A stretch of DNA of 5,758 nt from Candidatus Helarchaeota ASGARD archaeon Hel_GB_B. GTDB lineage: Archaea; Asgardarchaeota; Lokiarchaeia; Helarchaeales; HEL-GB-B. The notes beneath the pieces were generated by a model. It did not search any database. It was not told where the DNA came from and saw only the letters and a program-made list of their open reading frames with translations. Positions 1 to 5,524 of this stretch are shown piece after piece (within the stretch, counting starts at the first letter, position 1; each line of letters begins with the position of its first letter). The position numbers were made by a program, and so were the translations under genes. Where the stretch lies: positions 1 to 5,758 of the forward strand of contig SUPR01000165.1 of the NCBI GenBank assembly GCA_005191425.1, read 5' to 3'.

Positions 1-27
1 GTGGTGAGAAATTAAAGTCGGAAACTA

Positions 28-37
28 TTTATATAAA
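28..37. promoter_or_regulatory. Palindromic TATA-box candidate (TTTATATAAA), possibly for a minus-strand gene starting left of the window
   Basis: Matches the archaeal TTTAWATA consensus on both strands. No substantial plus-strand ORF follows, and a minus-strand start would fall near the window edge. The background is AT-rich, so a chance match is possible. Confidence 0.3.
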
Positions 38-112
38 AAATTCCAAATAATGAAAGCAACGGAAATTAAAAAAACTCTTAAATTGTTAAAATTTTGAAAA
101 ATAAAATATTTG

Positions 113-119
113 AAAAAAA
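113..119 (-). terminator. Oligo-T (T7) archaeal terminator candidate for tRNA-Gln
   Basis: Plus-strand A7 reads T7 on the minus strand, 3 nt after the tRNA discriminator base. Further T-runs follow at 97-101 and 68-74. Confidence 0.5.
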
Positions 120-122
120 TAA

Positions 123-216
123 TAGCCCGGCCCGGATTCGAACCGAGGTCATAGGGTTTCTCTAATTTTATAGAATTTCCAGAGCCCCATATGCTTGGCC
201 GCTACACCACCGGGCT
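123..216 (-). tRNA. tRNA-Gln (anticodon CTG at 182-180), intron-containing, CCA not encoded
   Basis: Hand-folded cloverleaf: acceptor AGCCCGG/CCGGGCT with A1:U72, D-stem GTGT/GCAT, anticodon stem TGGGG/CCCTA, T-arm CTCGG-TTCGAAT-CCGGG, discriminator A73. Exons are 216-179 (38 nt) and 157-123 (35 nt), 47/73 GC. A1:U72 is the known archaeal tRNA-Gln identity pair. Confidence 0.95.
158..178 (-). other. 21-nt tRNA intron at canonical 37/38 position with strict bulge-helix-bulge motif
   Basis: Intron sequence is AAATTCTATAAAATTAGAGAA. CUCU (32-35) pairs with intron AGAG as the 4-bp central helix, flanked by 3-nt bulges GG|A and AA|A. The outer intron helix is AAUU/AAUU closing a 6-nt loop. Confidence 0.9.
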
Positions 217-281
217 TTTTTTTATCTATTTATTTATATTATTTTAATGTAAAATAATTAAATCATTCATTAAAAATTTTC

Positions 282-297
282 TATATAAATCCTATCT
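282..297 (-). promoter_or_regulatory. Candidate BRE/TATA promoter for tRNA-Gln
   Basis: Minus strand reads AGATAGGA-TTTATATA: a purine-rich element followed by a consensus TATA box about 65 nt upstream of the tRNA 5' end. Confidence 0.4.
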
Positions 298-384
298 TAA
301 ATAATATAGACATTTTCAATGATTTTATTAAAGTTATTAAAGAATTTTTTAAGGTATAATAAGTTTTCTCGATTTAAAATTGAT

Positions 385-1329
385 TCAGAAATATTTTTTT
401 AATTCACTTAAAAGTTCAATTTTATTAAAATAAATTTTATTATTTATTTGTGATAAGATTATACTCATTCGTTCACGTTTATTTTGCTTTTTATCGTAAA
501 TTTTCCACCCATGATAAGACAATAATTCATTTTTTGTAATAGGATATTTTTCATATTCTTGAAATGCATCCATAAATGATTCAAGCCCAATTTTTCCTGA
601 AACGCTTATCAATTTCCCTGTTTGGTTGAATTCTTGGGCTCTGGCAGCATCATGTACCATTCGTTGTGTATGAAAACTCACAATTACTTTTTCTGCTTGG
701 TCTGCCATCCTTACAAAACGATTGTTTAGTTTGGTTATTTCGTAATCATCAAATTGATATTGATTACCATTTTCAGCTCCAAAAATTCGAGTATATGCAA
801 TTTTAGAATTAATATATATTGGAACACTTCTAAAATAATCCACGCAATGAGTAATATTATATTTTGATAACAAACTTCTAAAATTGTCGATAATATAATC
901 CCTAGTCCAATTTATCCCTCTTGTTTCCCATATAATGTTATAATTCTCACTATTTATTATACTAAAGAAATCTTCAATCTTTTTTAATGTAGGTGTGTTT
1001 GGTTTTAATTCAGGTGGAGTCTGAAAAACTATTATATTTGAATTTAATATTTTACAAATCTTCTCTACTTTATCAAATACCCTAAAATTTTCGTCAATTG
1101 GCATTAATTGATTTTTATGTGTTATTTCTTTTGGCACTTTGATAGAAAAAATAAAATCAGGATTATTTTTAACCTTATTTTTCCAATTTCTACATGTTTT
1201 TTCGTCAGGAATTTTATAAAAAGTAGAATTAACCTCTACAAAATCAAATATTTTGGAATAATTGGTCAATGGGTCTCCCGCTGCTTTAAAAAATGACCAT
1301 CCACCGCAACCAAAATAAATTCTCTTCAT
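385..1329 (-). CDS. DUF72 (YecE/UPF0759-like) TIM-barrel protein, divergent type, with extra C-terminal domain (314 aa from ATG 1329; ORF track starts at TTG 1338)
   Basis: DUF72 motifs GCGGW, YSKIFDFVEVNSTFY, IKVPKEITH, VFQTPP, WETRG, HCVD and YTRIFG. The ATG at 1329 places the family's first strand motif at the N-terminus, as in the neighbouring paralogue. Confidence 0.9.
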   Translation of the reverse strand: MKRIYFGCGGWSFFKAAGDPLTNYSKIFDFVEVNSTFYKIPDEKTCRNWKNKVKNNPDFIFSIKVPKEITHKNQLMPIDENFRVFDKVEKICKILNSNIIVFQTPPELKPNTPTLKKIEDFFSIINSENYNIIWETRGINWTRDYIIDNFRSLLSKYNITHCVDYFRSVPIYINSKIAYTRIFGAENGNQYQFDDYEITKLNNRFVRMADQAEKVIVSFHTQRMVHDAARAQEFNQTGKLISVSGKIGLESFMDAFQEYEKYPITKNELLSYHGWKIYDKKQNKRERMSIILSQINNKIYFNKIELLSELKKYF

Positions 1330-1453
1330 AATAAGCAACCATGTTTTTTATATTCACAAACAATTTAAGATTTATTAAGTCAAGAATAAACTGAATTACA
1401 ATTTTTATGATAGTTCTTTTCAATGTTATTTGATAATCTAAATTCTTTAATTT

Positions 1454-1470
1454 AAAAAAAAGAGGAGAAA
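1454..1470 (-). terminator. Pyrimidine/T8 tract, possible terminator between the two DUF72 genes
   Basis: Minus strand TTTCTCCTCTTTTTTTT lies about 57 nt after the stop of 1528-2385. Confidence 0.35.
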
Positions 1471-1527
1471 TTATTTAAAATTAAAGGAATATATCCAATG
1501 AGCAAGAAATAATTTGAATTAATAAAA

Positions 1528-2385
1528 TCATTGTTGTTTGAAAAAACTATCAATAGTTTTTTGACCTTTTGAGTGTTTTAATAAATGAAAATTTATCGAT
1601 TTGGGGTCTCTAACTTTTTTTCCGAGTAATTTTAGTAAATAATTACAATTTGCAGGAGCTTGGCCGTTAAGATGGTTATTAAAATATCCATAAATAGTTT
1701 TAACATGTTGATTTTCAGAAATTTTCTCAACCCTCTTTTTTTCATTTTTGAGTTCATCTTCCGAATATAGATAATTATACCAATGTCTTTTATTTAGTCC
1801 ATGCCACCGTATGTAGACAAAATCTGTGGAAATAACATTTATTGGTGGCATTGGGCCGGGTTCTGAAACGATACAGTAGGCGATATTATATTTTTCCAAA
1901 AGTTTTAAAGTCTGGCTGTCTAATGTATTGCCAGAAATCCAGCTTATATTACGAAATTCAATTGTATACCTATATTTATTTAAGAAATAACTTATGAGGT
2001 CTTCTAATAAATTATAATCTTTTTTTAACTTTGGCGGCAATTGTACCAAGATTGGTCCTATTTTATCTCTTAAAGGAGCTATTCTAGAATAAAATTTCTG
2101 CATAAATTGTATTTCGGAGGATAATGGCTTAATTCCCAATGTTTTATGGGTTATTTGTTGTGGAAATTTAATAGCAAATTTAAAATTTTTTGGAGTGATT
2201 TTATACCAATTTTTTGCTATATTTTCATTTTTAGGTAATGCATAAAAAGTGCTGTTGATTTCGACTGTATCAAAAATTTTAGAATAAAATAAAAGCATAA
2301 GATTATTAGGAATATTACTATCATAAAATGGTCCCTTCCAATCATCATAGGACCAACCTGAGCAACCAAGCCTAATTTCTGCCAT
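1528..2385 (-). CDS. DUF72 (YecE/UPF0759-like) TIM-barrel protein, canonical type (285 aa)
   Basis: Nearly full motif set: GCSGWSYDDWKGPFY, YSKIFDTVEINSTFY, KFPQQITH, GPILVQLPP, IEFRNISW, YIRWHG, YNYLYS and GYFNNH. Confidence 0.95.
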   Translation of the reverse strand: MAEIRLGCSGWSYDDWKGPFYDSNIPNNLMLLFYSKIFDTVEINSTFYALPKNENIAKNWYKITPKNFKFAIKFPQQITHKTLGIKPLSSEIQFMQKFYSRIAPLRDKIGPILVQLPPKLKKDYNLLEDLISYFLNKYRYTIEFRNISWISGNTLDSQTLKLLEKYNIAYCIVSEPGPMPPINVISTDFVYIRWHGLNKRHWYNYLYSEDELKNEKKRVEKISENQHVKTIYGYFNNHLNGQAPANCNYLLKLLGKKVRDPKSINFHLLKHSKGQKTIDSFFKQQ

Positions 2386-2412
2386 AAAATATCTCTTATA
2401 TAAATTTATTAA

Positions 2413-3207
2413 TCATTTTTTTACTGACCTTAGAAAAAAATAAGTCCCAGTTATTGTAAATAGTGTAGCGAGTATTCCTATTATTAATATTGAGACCGGA
2501 CCTATTAATGGCCCAAAAGATTCAAATCCCGGGCAATAACCCATTAGAAAATACCTAATTCCATTTAAAGAATAATTAACGGGGTTGAAATAGCCTGCAT
2601 ATTCAATCCAGAAAAATGCAGAGTTTTTAAAAGCAGATAATGGGAGAAATGTATTTGACATAAAAATAAAAGGTAATCCAATAAAATTGGTAATCATAGA
2701 AAATGATTCAGCATTTTTTGCAATTGCCAATACACCTGAAAATAGTCCTTCTACGAAAATCGCGGTTAGAATTGCGACAAATAAGAATCCTAGAATATTT
2801 ATTGGATTATATGAAAAATTAACACTTGCGATAATAGAAATAGAATACATAATTATACATTGTAATATGGCACGGAAACTACCAGCTAAACTCTGCCCAA
2901 GAATTATAGAGAAACGAGGAATTGGACTCACAAGTTCTATATTTAAGTACCCGATGTCTTTATCGTATAATAGGGCTAATGGACCTTGCATGGCGCTAAA
3001 TATAATGGAAAAACAAATTATTCCAGAAGCAATATATGAAGTGGTAACTCCTTGAGAAGTTAGACTTTGAACTGCAGGGCCAATACCAAATATAAAGAAA
3101 GCAGGTAATAATAAACTTAGAAAAAAATAAACTCTTTTACGCCAAAATATAAGTAATTGTCTTTCAAATACTGCAATAGTAGCTTTTAACGAATATTTTA
3201 TGTCCAT
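2413..3207 (-). CDS. ABC-2 type exporter permease (DrrB/NodJ-like, 264 aa)
   Basis: About six hydrophobic segments and ABC-2 signatures (YIASGII, DKDIGYL..ELVSPIPR..IILG, PFIFMSNTFLP, NPVNY..NGIR). It starts 1 nt after the ATPase stop codon. Confidence 0.93.
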   Translation of the reverse strand: MDIKYSLKATIAVFERQLLIFWRKRVYFFLSLLLPAFFIFGIGPAVQSLTSQGVTTSYIASGIICFSIIFSAMQGPLALLYDKDIGYLNIELVSPIPRFSIILGQSLAGSFRAILQCIIMYSISIIASVNFSYNPINILGFLFVAILTAIFVEGLFSGVLAIAKNAESFSMITNFIGLPFIFMSNTFLPLSAFKNSAFFWIEYAGYFNPVNYSLNGIRYFLMGYCPGFESFGPLIGPVSILIIGILATLFTITGTYFFLRSVKK

Positions 3208-3208
3208 T

Positions 3209-4213
3209 TTAATGCCTCCGTCTAAACAATCTTTTCTTTTTTAATTTTTTCCCGTTAATAAAATTATCCTGCATCTCTCTTCCTGTGTAATGAAGAAATA
3301 CATCATCTAATGAAGGACGCCTCAGACTTAACTCTTTAATTTTAAAATTAATTGAATTTAACGCATCAATAATAATTGGAATAGACTCGCCACCAGGTAT
3401 ATTTAAACCAATTACAAATCCTTCATTATTTTCTATTGGAGTAATTTTTTTTATAATGTTAATTTTACTTAAAGAATCAATTGCTTTATCAATATCACCT
3501 ACACCTATAATGCGTAATGCATCTTTTCCAAGTTTTTTCTTAAGATTAGAAGGTGTGTCCAATTCAATTAATTTACCTCTATTAATTATTATAATTCTAT
3601 CCGCAAGAAAATCAATTTCATCTAAATAATGACTTGTAATAATAATTGTAATACCTTCCTTATTTAACATCTTAATATATTCCCAAATCCGCCTTCTTGC
3701 AGTTGGATCTAAACCTAAGGTCATTTCGTCCAAAAATAAAAGTTTTGGGTTGTTTAAAAGTCCCCTTGCTATTTCTAATCGCCGCTTCATCCCTCCTGAA
3801 AATGTGGATACTAAATCATTAGCTCTATCACTCAGTTCTACTAATTCTAATAATTCATCGATACGAGATTTATATTCTGATTTATTCATTCCATAATATT
3901 TTGCATGAAATTTTAAGTTTTCTTTTGCTGTAAGTCGTTCATCAACTACCATTTCTTGAAAAACTACACCAATATTATGCCTTATTTTGTTGGCTTGCTG
4001 CTTTATATCATACCCTAACACCATTGCCTTTTTATAACTTGTAGGAGTTAAGAGAGTAGTGAGCATAAAAATAGTTGTCGTTTTTCCAGCACCATTTGGA
4101 CCTAAAAAACCAAATATTTCCCCTTCTTCTACGTTGAATGTTAAATCATCTACTGCTTTTATTTTTCCATTATTAAAAACTTTAGTTAATTTTTCTACTT
4201 CAATCACTGCCAT
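3209..4213 (-). CDS. ABC exporter ATP-binding subunit, DrrA-like (334 aa)
   Basis: Walker A GPNGAGKTT, Q-loop VVFQ, signature FSGGM, Walker B LLFLDE, D-loop LGLD, H-loop ITSH, and the C-terminal RPSLDDVFLHYTG extension typical of DrrA-like ATPases. Confidence 0.96.
   Translation of the reverse strand: MAVIEVEKLTKVFNNGKIKAVDDLTFNVEEGEIFGFLGPNGAGKTTTIFMLTTLLTPTSYKKAMVLGYDIKQQANKIRHNIGVVFQEMVVDERLTAKENLKFHAKYYGMNKSEYKSRIDELLELVELSDRANDLVSTFSGGMKRRLEIARGLLNNPKLLFLDEMTLGLDPTARRRIWEYIKMLNKEGITIIITSHYLDEIDFLADRIIIINRGKLIELDTPSNLKKKLGKDALRIIGVGDIDKAIDSLSKINIIKKITPIENNEGFVIGLNIPGGESIPIIIDALNSINFKIKELSLRRPSLDDVFLHYTGREMQDNFINGKKLKKKRLFRRRH
3215..3219 (-). promoter_or_regulatory. Shine-Dalgarno GGAGG for the permease, inside the ATPase 3' end
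   Basis: Minus strand GGAGG-CATTAAA-ATG gives a 7-nt spacer, consistent with translational coupling. Confidence 0.6.
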
Positions 4214-4414
4214 TTGGTAGACCCATTGTTAATCTTTCAACTATAGAAATATATACATTTCAATCCATTTTGTTCTTTTTTACTTCAATATTCAATATTA
4301 ATTTTTAATTCATCAAATTTAATTTTATCAAATTATTAAATTTATAAAGGTATTTGAATATTATTTTAAATAAAACAAATATAATTTTGATAATCATTTT
4401 AAGGTCGTTGAAAA
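4214..4414. promoter_or_regulatory. Divergent intergenic promoter region between the ABC operon and the 148-aa ORF
   Basis: 201 nt, very AT-rich. TATA candidates: minus-strand GTATATAT near 4249-4256, palindromic TTTATAAA at 4341-4348, plus-strand TTTAAATA at 4365-4372. Confidence 0.45.
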
Positions 4415-4861
4415 ATGGAAAAAATATTAAAAGATATGGAAGAACGAATTAATGCCTTAAAAAATTTAGAAGATTTAATGAAAAGTATGACAAATACTCT
4501 TAAGAAATTCAAAAATGACCTTTCATCCCTAGAATTTGATATAAATAGTGCAAAATTGGATGCTTGGACTCAAAATGTCTTTAATTATTTAATTGAAATT
4601 TCACGAGAAGATGGCCTTACATTAATAGAAGGAAATAGTAATATAAGCCCTAGAATTTTTATCAATATAGACGAGGTAAAGAAAGGTCTTTTAGATAGAG
4701 GGGTCTCAGCACAAGAAAAAAGTATACCAATAATTCAAAAGTTTTTAAATGAGATGATTTCTCTTGGTCTCGATTTTATCACTTCTAAAGAATTAGCACG
4801 TGCAAAGTATAGACAAGTGGAAAAAGAATTTAAAAGAAAAATTCAAAAAATAAAAGTTTAA
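4415..4861 (+). CDS. Hypothetical protein (148 aa): N-terminal coiled coil plus possible winged-helix-like domain
   Basis: Long unopposed ORF with a protein-like composition. Hydrophobic 3-4 heptad pattern at M1, L5, M8, I12, L15, L18, M22, M25, L29, F32, L36, L39, I43. No family recognised. Confidence 0.8.
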   Translation: MEKILKDMEERINALKNLEDLMKSMTNTLKKFKNDLSSLEFDINSAKLDAWTQNVFNYLIEISREDGLTLIEGNSNISPRIFINIDEVKKGLLDRGVSAQEKSIPIIQKFLNEMISLGLDFITSKELARAKYRQVEKEFKRKIQKIKV

Positions 4862-5094
4862 AACGATTTAAAAACAAACTATTTTTATATTTTTAATCTC
4901 CTTTCTTAATTAATTTCTTTGTCCCAAAATTTATTATCCATTTTATCTTTTCGCTGCTAAATATGCCCCTAAAAATGGGATATTGACAATTTATCCGCTA
5001 AATTCATTACAAAATCCGAGTCTTAGTTTAATATTAAAATTTACCAAAATAATAATATATTTATAATTTAATTTTATCTAATATTGTGATAAAA

Positions 5095-5289
5095 ATGGAA
5101 AACATAATTGAAGCTTTAAATGTTATCGCTATATCAGAAAAAATAGATCTACAATATCAAGATTATATTAGTATAATCTTAATGATTATTGGTACATCAA
5201 TAGCATTGATTTTTATGGGCTTAATTATTAGCGGATTCTTAACAAGTGGTAACGGAGAATCTTCAATTATACCTGCATGGCGGAGATAA
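5095..5289 (+). CDS. Small single-pass membrane protein (64 aa from ATG 5095; ORF track starts at GTG 5086)
   Basis: One ~25-residue hydrophobic stretch (ISIILMIIGTSIALIFMGLIISGFL), a TATA-like TTTATAAT at 5060-5067, and higher GC than the flanking DNA. Confidence 0.65.
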   Translation: MENIIEALNVIAISEKIDLQYQDYISIILMIIGTSIALIFMGLIISGFLTSGNGESSIIPAWRR

Positions 5290-5357
5290 TTTTTATTTAA
5301 CAATTTATTTTATTTAATATTTTAATTTTAAAAGAGTTTTTACAAAAACCTTTGCTT

Positions 5358-5373
5358 GACAAAAATATATAAA
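5358..5373 (+). promoter_or_regulatory. Orphan BRE/TATA-like motif (GACAAAAA-TATATAAA) pointing toward the IS end
   Basis: An A-rich BRE-like run is followed directly by TATATAAA. No ORF starts at the expected distance before the candidate IS boundary. Confidence 0.3.
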
Positions 5374-5493
5374 TGATTTTATTTAGCTATTTTTCCGACG
5401 AAATTTGAAAAGATTTTTGTATATTTAACTACTTTTTATTATCTAAAAATAGTATGTGGCGAGCTTGGAAATGCACTATGAATCAAAATATCA

Positions 5494-5501
5494 TTATAAA
5501 C
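5494..5501 (+). promoter_or_regulatory. TATA candidate (TTATAAAC) for a leaderless transposase transcript
   Basis: Ends about 24 nt before ATG 5525, the spacing expected for archaeal leaderless mRNA. No SD motif precedes the ATG. Confidence 0.4.
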
Positions 5502-5524
5502 TAGAATATAAATTAAATAATATC

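Noticed and set aside
50-97. Short plus-strand ORF MKATEIKKTLKLLKF
   Set aside because: Only 15 codons in low-complexity AT-rich DNA, and the GGTGA at the window start is too far away to act as its SD.
123-160. tRNA 3' end as an integration (att) site
   Set aside because: No duplicated tRNA fragment or integrase gene is present in the window; any such element would lie to the left, outside view.
319-432. 37-aa plus-strand ORF containing a 2x9-nt tandem repeat TTATTAAAG (325-342)
   Set aside because: It overlaps the DUF72 3' end in antisense and is low complexity; two short copies are expected by chance in such AT-rich DNA.
1108-1296. 62-aa plus-strand ORF in the track
   Set aside because: It lies wholly antisense to a well-supported DUF72 gene, is F/I/K-biased and has no motif, so it is a shadow ORF.
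2397-2404. Consensus TTTATATA on the minus strand between the permease and DUF72
   Set aside because: Only 11 nt from the ATG, so the implied start site would fall inside the CDS.
2687-3055. 122-aa plus-strand ORF in the track
   Set aside because: It is antisense to the ABC-2 permease with no recognisable domain, so it is a shadow ORF.
4415-4861. CdvB/ESCRT-III-like reading of coiled coil plus winged helix
   Set aside because: The coiled coil (~43 aa) is far too short for a Snf7-type core, and no Vps4 or Cdv genes are nearby.
5356-5385. Bacterial sigma70-like TTGACA -35 box
   Set aside because: The matching -10 is poor (TTATTT/TATTTA) and the context is archaeal; an archaeal BRE/TATA reading fits better.
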